Assembly (NCBI GenBank): GCA_902765485.1
Contig: CACWZZ010000016.1
Span: forward strand, 41,991 to 105,990
Length of the DNA: 64,000 nucleotides
Direction of reading: 5' to 3'
Origin: an uncultured Bacteroidales bacterium
GTDB lineage: Bacteria; Bacteroidota; Bacteroidia; Bacteroidales; Paludibacteraceae
Positions within the stretch are counted from its first letter, which is position 1; every line of letters starts with the position of its first letter. Positions 18,043 through 26,413 of this stretch are shown one piece after another. The notes below the pieces were generated by a model. It was not told where the DNA came from. It did no database searches and saw only the letters and a program-made list of their open reading frames with translations. A program made the position numbers and the translations under genes.

Positions 18043-18050
18043 TACTTTTG
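18043..18050 (+). promoter_or_regulatory. -7 promoter box (TACTTTTG)
   Basis: TAnnTTTG match upstream of aroC. Confidence 0.55.
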
Positions 18051-18060
18051 CAGCAAATTA

Positions 18061-18170
18061 TTCAATTATCGTGCCATAGGAATTCAATTATCGTGCCATA
18101 GGAATTCAATTATCGTGCCATAGGAATTCAATTATGGTGCCATAGGAATTCAATTATCATGCCATAGATA
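18061..18170 (+). repeat. 5 x 22-bp tandem repeat forming the whole aroC leader
   Basis: TTCAATTATCGTGCCATAGGAA repeated head-to-tail; copies 4 and 5 carry 1-3 substitutions; the last copy runs into the ATG. Confidence 0.9.
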
Positions 18171-19144
18171 TGAATGTATTCGGAGATAAATGGACATTTA
18201 CGAGCTTCGGCGAATCGCACGGAGCGGCAATAGGCGGCGTGCTGGACGGCGTTCCCGCAGGGCTGCATATTGATCTGGATCTGATCAACTACGAGTTAGA
18301 CCGCCGTGCAGCACGTAAACGACACGTAAACGACACGGAAACGACACGTAAACGAGACGTAAACGACACAGTAACGGAAGCAGCTTCTTACGGCACATCT
18401 ACCAGAGCTTTTCGTGAACCCGATGAGGTGGAATGGCTCTCCGGTGTCATGGATGGTGTCACTCTCGGCACTCCGATTGCTTTTATAATAAGAAACAAAG
18501 ATGCGCGGCCCGAAGACTACGAGTTTCTCAAACACTCGTACCGCGTCGGGCATGCCGATAAGACGTACGAACAGAAATACGGTATTCGTGACTACCGCGG
18601 AGGAGGCAGAGCCTCAGCCCGAGAGACCGCAGCAAGAGTGGTAGCCGGATGTATAGCAAAACAGCAACTGGCGGCTAAAGGAATCTCCATACAGGCTAAA
18701 CTCATTCAGGTAGGAGCAGAGACAGACCCCGCCAAATTCGCAGACACCATCGAGGCGTACCGGCAAGAAGGAGACTCTATCGGAGGCATCGTGGAATGCG
18801 TCATCGAAGGGCTTCCTGCCGGCACAGGTGAACCGATTTTCAATAAGTTACAAGCCGAACTCGCTTTTGCTATAATGTCCATCAATGCCTGCAAAGGATT
18901 CGAATACGGAACCGGTTTCGGCGGAGTGACGCAACCCGGTTCGGCTATCAACCATATCTCCGGCGGCATCGCAGGAGGAATCGCAGATGGTACTCCGGTC
19001 ACTTTCCGCTGCGTCTTCAAACCCACGCCTTCTACTCCCAAAGCAGGCGTAAAAGGAAGACACGACGCGTGTGTTGCCACTCGCGCCGTGCCTGTCGTGG
19101 AAGCGATGACCGCTATGGCTCTCGCTAACCTGGTTCTCTCTTAA
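18170..19144 (+). CDS. aroC: chorismate synthase (short form with a repeat-derived insertion)
   Basis: FGESHG, GIRDYRGGGRASARETAARV, GRHDACV motifs. Confidence 0.85.
   Translation: MNVFGDKWTFTSFGESHGAAIGGVLDGVPAGLHIDLDLINYELDRRAARKRHVNDTETTRKRDVNDTVTEAASYGTSTRAFREPDEVEWLSGVMDGVTLGTPIAFIIRNKDARPEDYEFLKHSYRVGHADKTYEQKYGIRDYRGGGRASARETAARVVAGCIAKQQLAAKGISIQAKLIQVGAETDPAKFADTIEAYRQEGDSIGGIVECVIEGLPAGTGEPIFNKLQAELAFAIMSINACKGFEYGTGFGGVTQPGSAINHISGGIAGGIADGTPVTFRCVFKPTPSTPKAGVKGRHDACVATRAVPVVEAMTAMALANLVLS
18311..18376 (+). repeat. 6 x 11-bp tandem repeat (ACACGTAAACG) in-frame in aroC
   Basis: 66 nt = 22 codons; encodes ARKRHVNDTETTRKRDVNDTVT after the conserved RR. Confidence 0.9.
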
Positions 19145-19224
19145 CGGACCTTGTTATATTGCTCTTCGCTCACCGGTTCCAACCATTCGTTGGTAGTAAC
19201 GCGGTTCAAAGGGTCGGTTTGGCT

Positions 19225-20604
19225 TTATTTATTTTTTAGGATAGCCACGCACTCTGCCGGATCATCCGTTCCGTTGAGACTTTGGTCCATGGGGCATTGA
19301 CCTGTCTTGTCTCGGTTGAGAATCATCTCCACTTCCTCTGCGGCAAAGACCTGAATACCCGCTTTCTCCAGCATCTCGCGTGCCGGTGTACAGATAAGGT
19401 TGGTATGGACCTGCTTGACGCCACCAACTGCCATGAGCGCCGCAGCCGCCTTGCCGATCATCTTGTCCGCCACTACGGCGCCTTGCAGACGTTGCGGTTC
19501 GTTCTCCAGCAGTTGCAGCAGGTCGTTCACGCCGTGCTGGGTGTATTCGGTCGTCAGTCCGGCGTTGCGGACAATCAGACTGATATGTTGCTCGTTGAGT
19601 CTCGCTAACATGTCTTCGCCATCGATAGAGACGAGTTGGTAATCACGCGAACCCAGACCGATCTTGGCAGCGTGCTCCAGAATATGGATACCATGTCTTG
19701 AGTTGATCCGCTCGATGAGTGCAGCCGCATCATCGCCCTCTTTGGACGGGTAATGGAAAACCAGATCCACGCAGGCTTGGTCAAGCGCCACGGGGTCGAG
19801 AGAGGCAAGAATACCTATATCGTTCATCTCCGGAGCCGCAGGATGGCTATCGCAGTCGCAGTCCACAGAGAGGTTATTGACCACGTTGATATACAAGATC
19901 CGTTCGCCGCAGCCGAAATAGTTATGTACAGCCTGCGCCGCAGCCGCCATGGACTCCAGGAAACCGTCTTGGTTAGCCGTGTGCGACCAGCACTCATTCA
20001 CATCCTCCGTCACGCCGGCAGAGTGGATATACGCCTTGCCCGCCGCCGAAGCCACACCGATAGACTGATTCTTGAGCACACCGCCGAAACCGCCCATGGC
20101 GTGACCCTTGAAATGGGCAAGGTTGATCATGAAGTCATAGTTCGCCAAATGCTTGCCCACGAGGTCATAATGGATCCACGTGCTGTCCTTCACCGGAATA
20201 CGCATGCTTCCCTCCTCGTCCATGAGATCCACGGACGCGATGTCAAGAAAACCATGGTCTTTGATGATTTGCCAATGCGCCTCGAAAGAGTTGCGTTTGC
20301 CCGGATAAGCGGTGTTGCACTCCACGATCGTTCCATTCACCTGATTAACCAACTGGCGAATGAGTTCGGGCTTGAGGTAGTTGTGTCCGCCTGCTTCACC
20401 CGTAGAGATCTTCACCGCCACGCGTCCCTCAGCAGGACGTTCGAGGGCTTCGTAGATACGCACCAAGGCAGCAGGCGAAATCTCCTGCGTCATGTACACA
20501 ACCGATTTGTCATTACCGGCTGTCGGCGGCTCCGCTGTAGCCTTCTTAGCGCAACCGGTAAGAGTGATAAGACTCATAAGAATAAGGATTACTTGTTTTT
20601 TCAT
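19225..20604 (-). CDS. lipoprotein with a DUF362-like domain and a DUF1893-like C-terminal domain
   Basis: Lipobox LTGC; VAVKISTGEAGGHNYLKP (DUF362-like); ADKMIGKAAAALM...NRDKTGQCPMD (DUF1893/TM1506-like). Confidence 0.7.
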   Translation of the reverse strand: MKKQVILILMSLITLTGCAKKATAEPPTAGNDKSVVYMTQEISPAALVRIYEALERPAEGRVAVKISTGEAGGHNYLKPELIRQLVNQVNGTIVECNTAYPGKRNSFEAHWQIIKDHGFLDIASVDLMDEEGSMRIPVKDSTWIHYDLVGKHLANYDFMINLAHFKGHAMGGFGGVLKNQSIGVASAAGKAYIHSAGVTEDVNECWSHTANQDGFLESMAAAAQAVHNYFGCGERILYINVVNNLSVDCDCDSHPAAPEMNDIGILASLDPVALDQACVDLVFHYPSKEGDDAAALIERINSRHGIHILEHAAKIGLGSRDYQLVSIDGEDMLARLNEQHISLIVRNAGLTTEYTQHGVNDLLQLLENEPQRLQGAVVADKMIGKAAAALMAVGGVKQVHTNLICTPAREMLEKAGIQVFAAEEVEMILNRDKTGQCPMDQSLNGTDDPAECVAILKNK

Positions 20605-20626
20605 AAATGTATATTTTTAGAGGTTG

Positions 20627-22528
20627 TTAAAATGCAAATCGAAGTCCTGCCATAACGGTTGTTTTGGGCATAGGGAAACCGGCATTGATCTCGTACTCGG
20701 TTCCCAAGATATTATCCGCCGTGAGGGTCACCCATAGTTCGCGCCATATACGCCCTGCGGCATGGGCGGACCAAAGACAGAAGTTTTGCTGATGCAGGTC
20801 TGACCCGGCTGACGGCTGATTGCTGATTTGGGTATAGAGACCGTGGATATACTGTACGTTCGTGCCTATACGGAAACGGTCATGGTGGTAGGCAAGGGAT
20901 ATATTCAGCTTATGCTCCGGTGCAGCCAGAACGGGGTTCGTCATGTAGAGGTAACTATAGTTGGCGCCAAGCATGAGTCCCTGCCAGACGCGGGCGGAGA
21001 ACTCCACTTCTGCGCCGGCATTCCTCAGTTCGCCGGTGTTCACGTTACGCGGCCTGCCGTCAATAGGTCGCGTCTCAATCATGTTCTTCGCATGCAAATA
21101 GAAAATGTTCGCGCCTATACGTATGCGCCCGTCGAGGAGGTATTGCTTGTAGGACAGCTCGTAGTTCCAGAGGCTGACCGCCTGCAGGCTGTCGTTCGCC
21201 GGTGCGTACATATAGAGTTCGCGGATGGTGGGGTTGCGGAAACCGCGAGAGACCACGGCTTTGAGTTGCGCGTCATGCGGCAGTAGGAAAGAGAGTCCCG
21301 CCTGCGGCGCATAATAGAATCCCGCGACGGAATGCCATCCCAAGCGCACGCCTGCGTCCAGCGAAAACCAAGAGACCACCTGTTGCCGGAAATCCACATA
21401 CCCTGCCAACTCATACTGGGTCTTGCGGATGATCTCTTTGGTGGTACTATTCGCCAGAATACGGTTCCACACATGTCCGCCGAAATGCTGGTAGTCGAAA
21501 CCGAAGGTAGTATGGTTGCCGCGGAAGAGCCGTACGGTCTGGTACGCACTTACGCCAAGCATAAGGTCGGTATGGTTATACTCGGTAGCCGGAGCAGGTT
21601 CAGAAGCCTTGTGCCCGTCGTTGATGCGGTGCTTGCCGCCCGAGTAATAAGCGCGGATGGCTCCTTCCGTTCGGTCATAGCGGTTCTCCGCCGAGAGGGT
21701 CGCCATGCCGCGAAGAATATGCTGGTGGCTGTCAAAGATAGGATCAGTCACCGTGCCTGGATTGGCAGTATTGAAATAGGCGATGTTACCCGTGGCTTGC
21801 AGCATCCAATGGGCGTTGATGTCGTAGCCCAGCCGTGCAAAACCGCTGTACTGCGAGAACGCCGTATTCTCCCTGTGTCCGCTCGTACGGACATAGTTGA
21901 AGCCCGCCGCCTCTGTCCATTTGCCACGACGGAGTTGGTTCGTTATTCCGGCATCCACCGAACCGAACGAACCGCCCTGCGCATGGAGGCGCGTGAGGAT
22001 CGTGTCGGCCTTGGGCCGGTGGGTAACGATATTGATGACGCCTCCCATGGCGTTGGAGCCGTAATAGAGGGACGCCGGACCACGGATGACCTCTACCCGC
22101 TCCGCCATCGAAGTCTGGTAGTTATCGGCTATCGGATGACCGTATAGCCCTGCGTATTGCGGCAGACCGTCAATGAGCACCAACACATCCGTATTAGGCT
22201 GTCCGCCTATGCCACGCACCTTGATGCCACCCGAACCGCCGGTGCTCACGCCGTAGCCTAACACGCCGCGCTGGGTGATAAAGAGTCCCGGTACCTGTTC
22301 GGTCAAGGTCGGCAGAATATTCGGCTGCTGTTTCTCCGTCAGGACTTCTTCGGTGACTACATTAACCGTCACCGGCAGTAACCGCGGATCAGTAGTCGTC
22401 CGTGTCCCGGTAGCCACTACTTCCTGCAACGGAATAGGTGGCAGTGTGTCTTGCACCTCGGTCGCCCAAAGAGGAAATGCAAAGAAGGTCAAAATGATGA
22501 TATGGAGTTTACAGCGTTTCATAGACAA
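20627..22528 (-). CDS. TonB-dependent receptor
   Basis: Plug motifs VEVIRGPASLYYGSNAMGGVINIVT; C-terminal aromatic residue (F). Confidence 0.85.
   Translation of the reverse strand: MSMKRCKLHIIILTFFAFPLWATEVQDTLPPIPLQEVVATGTRTTTDPRLLPVTVNVVTEEVLTEKQQPNILPTLTEQVPGLFITQRGVLGYGVSTGGSGGIKVRGIGGQPNTDVLVLIDGLPQYAGLYGHPIADNYQTSMAERVEVIRGPASLYYGSNAMGGVINIVTHRPKADTILTRLHAQGGSFGSVDAGITNQLRRGKWTEAAGFNYVRTSGHRENTAFSQYSGFARLGYDINAHWMLQATGNIAYFNTANPGTVTDPIFDSHQHILRGMATLSAENRYDRTEGAIRAYYSGGKHRINDGHKASEPAPATEYNHTDLMLGVSAYQTVRLFRGNHTTFGFDYQHFGGHVWNRILANSTTKEIIRKTQYELAGYVDFRQQVVSWFSLDAGVRLGWHSVAGFYYAPQAGLSFLLPHDAQLKAVVSRGFRNPTIRELYMYAPANDSLQAVSLWNYELSYKQYLLDGRIRIGANIFYLHAKNMIETRPIDGRPRNVNTGELRNAGAEVEFSARVWQGLMLGANYSYLYMTNPVLAAPEHKLNISLAYHHDRFRIGTNVQYIHGLYTQISNQPSAGSDLHQQNFCLWSAHAAGRIWRELWVTLTADNILGTEYEINAGFPMPKTTVMAGLRFAF
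20789..20829. repeat. 41-nt GCTGANN-type element in-frame in the TonB receptor CDS
   Basis: 37/41 identical to 25538-25578; encodes QPSAGSDLHQ. Confidence 0.8.
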
Positions 22529-23278
22529 TTATTTGGGCGTGACCATAATGGATAGTTCGTATAGCAGATAGAGCGGAATAGTGACGAGCATGAGCGTGAA
22601 CGCGTCGCCAGTAGGAGTGATGACTGCCGCGAGGATCATGAGTGTCACGAGTGCATGACGGCGGTATTGTTTGAGCCATGCGGCTTCCAGCAGTCCCGCT
22701 TTGCCCAGCGCCCATGCTACCATCGGCATCTCAAAAAGAATACCCATCAGCAGCGAAAGGATCAACAGCGTGGAGACATAGGAGTCCAGTGCAATCTGGT
22801 TCACTACCTCCGGCTGCACTTGGTATGTAGCCAGAAAACGGAAGGCGAAAGGAAAGATGACCAGATAGTTGAGTGCCACGCCGCAGAGGAAAAGCACCGT
22901 GCCGAAACCGATGATTCGTCCCGCTGCGCGTTTCTCATGAGGGTATAGCGCCGGAGAGAGGAAACCGTATAGTTGCCATAGCAGAAACGGAAAAGCAATC
23001 ACCAGACCTGCCAGCGCCGCCACCTGCATGTGAACCGTGAACTGGGCGGCTAATTGAGTGTTGATGAAGGAGACCAAAACCTCTCCCCAACCCTCCCCAC
23101 AAGGGAGGGAGCATAGCAAGCGATACGTGATAAAATCCGGATGGGCAGGAGCAAATAGAAAAGCAAAGAGTGCATCGCGGAAGCAGAACGCCGCTACCGC
23201 ACAGATACCCCACGCCACTACGCAACGGATTAACACACTGCGCAGTTCGTCCAGATGATCCCAAAACGATTCAGCCAT
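22529..23278 (-). CDS. tatC: twin-arginine translocase subunit TatC
   Basis: FWDHLDELR start, six-TM layout, SPALYPHEKR motif. Confidence 0.85.
   Translation of the reverse strand: MAESFWDHLDELRSVLIRCVVAWGICAVAAFCFRDALFAFLFAPAHPDFITYRLLCSLPCGEGWGEVLVSFINTQLAAQFTVHMQVAALAGLVIAFPFLLWQLYGFLSPALYPHEKRAAGRIIGFGTVLFLCGVALNYLVIFPFAFRFLATYQVQPEVVNQIALDSYVSTLLILSLLMGILFEMPMVAWALGKAGLLEAAWLKQYRRHALVTLMILAAVITPTGDAFTLMLVTIPLYLLYELSIMVTPK
23078..23111. repeat. GC-rich hairpin mini-element, copy b (in-frame in tatC)
   Basis: AACCTCTCCCCAACCCTCCCCACAAGGGAGGGAG; 31/34 identical to the reverse complement of 60421-60454. Confidence 0.8.
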
Positions 23279-23304
23279 CAGCTATCAGCCTTCAGCTTTC
23301 AGTT
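23268..23304. repeat. heptamer array (GCTGANN x5 on minus strand) spanning the tatA stop, spacer and tatC start
   Basis: Minus strand reads AAACTGA AAGCTGA AGGCTGA TAGCTGA TGGCTGA. Confidence 0.7.
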
Positions 23305-23468
23305 TTAGTTTCGTCTTTCTTCTCTTCCTCGTCGCCTTCTTTCATGCCGTCTTTGAAGGACTTAACGCCTTTGCCCAGACCCTTCATCAGTTCAGGAATT
23401 TTCTTGCCGCCGAAGAGCAGCAGAACGATAAGGGCAATAATAATGATTTCTGTAATACCAATATGCAT
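23292..23468 (-). CDS. tatA: twin-arginine translocase subunit TatA (58 aa; below the ORF-track cutoff)
   Basis: My own translation: [58 protein letters not shown]. Confidence 0.8.
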   Translation of the reverse strand: MHIGITEIIIIALIVLLLFGGKKIPELMKGLGKGVKSFKDGMKEGDEEEKKDETKTES

Positions 23469-23493
23469 ATGATTACGAATTAAAAGTTACAAA

Positions 23494-24912
23494 TTATGAA
23501 TTGGCTTGTCGTAGTTGATCTACAAAGCGGTCGATGCGCTGCATCTCATGGGGGATGTCAATACGTTGCGGGCAGTGGGAGACGCAATGGTCGCAACCGA
23601 TACAATGATCCGCCTGACGGACGGATGGCACGGCGCGGTCATAGCCCACAAGGAAGGCACGGCGGTTGCGTTGGAACTCATTGGACGGACCGTCCGCAGC
23701 CGGCATCGTACCCTCCGCGATACACTTGTTATAGTGTGCAAAGATACCCGGTATATTCAGTCCGTACGGGCAGGGCATGCAATAGTTGCAGGCGGTGCAA
23801 GGGATGGCTTTCAGTTCGTAGATATCTCTGGCGAGCGTAAGAATCCACTGCTCTTCTTCCGCTGTGAGGGGAACCAAAGGCGAATAGGTTGAGACATTTT
23901 CTTTGAGGTGCTCCAGATAGGTCATACCGGAGAGGACGGTCAGTACGCCTTCGGGGTTGCCGGCAAAGCGGAACGCCCACGCGGCAGGCGAATAACGGCT
24001 GTCTTTCTCGCGCATCTTGGCGGTGATTGCGTCCGGCTGTTTGGCAAGACGACCACCTAACAGCGGCTCCATGATCACCACCGGAATACCGCGTTTGTGC
24101 AACTCCGCATAGAGGTAATCCGCATCGGTGTTGCGCTGGTTGATCTCGTTGGCGTAGTGCCAATCGAGGTAGTTCATTTCAATCTGCACGAAGTCCCAAT
24201 GGTACTTGCCTTCGTCGTGCCACTGAAGGAGGGTGTCGAAGACCTTCACATCACCGTGGTACGAGAAACCGAGATTGCGGATGCGCCCTTTCGCTTTCTG
24301 CTCCACCAGCCAATCAAGCATACCGTTCTCCATATACCTTCCGTAGAAAGCACCCATGCCGTCTCTGCCGCCTCCGCTCATGCCTATACCATGTAGCAAG
24401 AGGTAGTCCACGTAGTCGGTTTGCAGGTATTGGAGCGAACGCTCGAACATCGCTTTGGACTCCTTGGAGGACCATGTGTCGGGCGAGAAATTGGATAGTT
24501 TGGTAGCAATGAAATAGCTGTTCCGCGGATGGCGCGCAAGGGCAATACCGGTGCTCTGCTCCGAGAGACCCTGGCAGTACGCAGGCGAGGTGTCGAAATA
24601 ATTGACACCATGCGCGAGGGCGTAATCCACCATCTCATTCACCGCCTCCTGGTCAATCGGGGAATCGGGGTTCTCGCGCGCCGTGCCGCCTGCCTGAACC
24701 GGCAGACGCATCATACCGAAACCGAGTATCGACACGCGGTCACCCGTGTTGGGATTGACGCGTAAAGTCATGGAAGCCCCCTCCGTCTCCCCCACGAGGG
24801 GGAGAGATGCGTTTCGTTGTTCATTATTCTTGCAGGCGGTTGCCAGAACCGATGTAGCCGCTACGGCTGCTGCGCTATGTTTGATAAATTCTCTTCTGTC
24901 CATAATGATCAA
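23494..24912 (-). CDS. aldo/keto reductase with C-terminal 4Fe-4S domain, Tat signal and lipobox
   Basis: MDRREFIKHSAAAVAATSVLATAC twin-arginine signal; AKR core; CTACNYCMPC and CIGCDHCVSHC clusters. Confidence 0.8.
   Translation of the reverse strand: MIIMDRREFIKHSAAAVAATSVLATACKNNEQRNASLPLVGETEGASMTLRVNPNTGDRVSILGFGMMRLPVQAGGTARENPDSPIDQEAVNEMVDYALAHGVNYFDTSPAYCQGLSEQSTGIALARHPRNSYFIATKLSNFSPDTWSSKESKAMFERSLQYLQTDYVDYLLLHGIGMSGGGRDGMGAFYGRYMENGMLDWLVEQKAKGRIRNLGFSYHGDVKVFDTLLQWHDEGKYHWDFVQIEMNYLDWHYANEINQRNTDADYLYAELHKRGIPVVIMEPLLGGRLAKQPDAITAKMREKDSRYSPAAWAFRFAGNPEGVLTVLSGMTYLEHLKENVSTYSPLVPLTAEEEQWILTLARDIYELKAIPCTACNYCMPCPYGLNIPGIFAHYNKCIAEGTMPAADGPSNEFQRNRRAFLVGYDRAVPSVRQADHCIGCDHCVSHCPQRIDIPHEMQRIDRFVDQLRQANS
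24775..24806. repeat. GC-rich hairpin mini-element, copy c (in-frame in the AKR gene)
   Basis: TCTCCCCC-ACGA-GGGGGAGA stem-loop at 24785-24804; encodes LPLVGETEG just after the lipobox. Confidence 0.55.
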
Positions 24913-26393
24913 TTGATTTGGTGCATTTTATTGCCCTCTACATAGATGGCGCTGAACGGCCGTGCGGGGCAGAGGTGCTCGCATTTGCCGCAACCGATAC
25001 ATTTCTCGGTGTCAACGACAGGCACTTCGACTGTACGGCCGTTTATCTCCTTCTCTACCATCTGAATCGCCCAAGCCGGGCAGTGACGCGCACACGCGCC
25101 GCAATGGTCACCGTTGGTGACAGGAATGCAGTTTTGCTCAATCCAAACGGCGTGACCGATATGGATAGCAGTCTTCTCCTCTTTGGTAATGGGTTTGATA
25201 GCACCCGTCGGGCACACATGAGAGCAACGGGTACACTCCGGGCGGCAGTAGCCGCGCTCGAAAGACATCTCCGGTTGCATGAACCGCATCGGGTCGGTAG
25301 AGGGTCGCAACACGTTATTCGGACACGCGCTGACGCATAACTGGCAGGCTGTGCAATGCCGGTTCATGTTATACGCCGAGATAGATCCCGGAGGCGTGAC
25401 AGGCGTCTCGCGGTCGGGCACTTGTTTGTCCTCAATTACCGCCATGCCGCCGTCCACTTTGATCTTCGCTTGCGCCATCGCAGCCGCGCCTGTCGCCAGT
25501 ACTGCGCCCGTCACAAAAGCACGTTTGCTCATATCCGGCTGATGCAGGTCTGACCCGGCTGAATGCTGATGGCTGAATACCGAAGGCTTATAATGCAACG
25601 CATCGAAATGGCATACCTCCAAGCAATCGCCGCAGGCTACGCAACGGCTTGCATCCACTGTTCCTGCCTTGAAATCAATCGCCGATGCCTTACAGTTCTT
25701 CTCACAGAGCGAGCAGTTCTTGCATTTATCCTTATCCATCTGCACGCGCAGGAGTGAGAAACGGCTGAAGAAAGAGAGGATCGTGCCGACAGGACAGATG
25801 GTGTTGCAATAGGTTCGTCCGTTGCGCCATGCCAAGAAACCGAGCACGCCAAGCGTCAGCAACGCTACTATAAACGTAGTCACGCTGCGCATCCAGAGTT
25901 GTACTTCGTTGAATATATAACTGTCGTAATGACTCTCGAAAGCCGCCAGACCGTTGTTGAGCAGGTCGTACAGCGGACGGAAGAGCGAATTGACCACTCT
26001 GCCGTACGCCGAGTATGGCGCTAACAGCGTAGTCACGGGCGCAAAACCGATGATGAGGCAGAGGATGAACACCGCCAACACACCATAACGCAGCCATTTC
26101 TTCTCCGGCGAATGGCTGTAGCGGTTCTTCTTCGCTTTCTTGCCCATCCACCCAAAAATATCCTGCATCACACCCAGCGGACAGATGACCGAACAGTAGA
26201 TGCGTCCGAAAAGGAGCGTCACCACAATGAGGATCAGCAGCATGGCGTAGTCCAACGCCAGCAGAGCCGGAAGGAACTGGATCTTTGCCACCCACGCGAT
26301 GTGTTGGCTGAGCCCCCAACTGACACCAAGGAACAGCAGGTTGATCAGCACAAAACAGACCGTGGCGAGAGTTATTCGAATTTTGCGTAACAT
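24909..26393 (-). CDS. membrane polyferredoxin (NapH/NapG-like 4Fe-4S protein)
   Basis: N-terminal TM helices with CxxC pairs, then several CxxCxxCxxxCP clusters. Confidence 0.8.
   Translation of the reverse strand: MLRKIRITLATVCFVLINLLFLGVSWGLSQHIAWVAKIQFLPALLALDYAMLLILIVVTLLFGRIYCSVICPLGVMQDIFGWMGKKAKKNRYSHSPEKKWLRYGVLAVFILCLIIGFAPVTTLLAPYSAYGRVVNSLFRPLYDLLNNGLAAFESHYDSYIFNEVQLWMRSVTTFIVALLTLGVLGFLAWRNGRTYCNTICPVGTILSFFSRFSLLRVQMDKDKCKNCSLCEKNCKASAIDFKAGTVDASRCVACGDCLEVCHFDALHYKPSVFSHQHSAGSDLHQPDMSKRAFVTGAVLATGAAAMAQAKIKVDGGMAVIEDKQVPDRETPVTPPGSISAYNMNRHCTACQLCVSACPNNVLRPSTDPMRFMQPEMSFERGYCRPECTRCSHVCPTGAIKPITKEEKTAIHIGHAVWIEQNCIPVTNGDHCGACARHCPAWAIQMVEKEINGRTVEVPVVDTEKCIGCGKCEHLCPARPFSAIYVEGNKMHQIN
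25538..25578. repeat. 41-nt GCTGANN-type element in-frame in the polyferredoxin CDS
   Basis: 37/41 identical to 20789-20829; encodes HSAGSDLHQ. Confidence 0.8.
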
Positions 26394-26413
26394 AATTTAC
26401 GTTTCTAATTGGA

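Noticed and set aside
18061-18170. Possible CRISPR array (five identical 22-mers)
   Set aside because: The repeats are contiguous with no spacers, no cas genes are nearby, and the unit is shorter than known CRISPR repeats. It is a plain tandem repeat in the aroC leader.
18061-18170. TRAP-like (G/U)AG triplet attenuator in the aroC leader
   Set aside because: UAG/GAA triplets recur only once per 22 nt, not at the 2-3-nt spacing TRAP needs. No terminator/antiterminator pair is visible.
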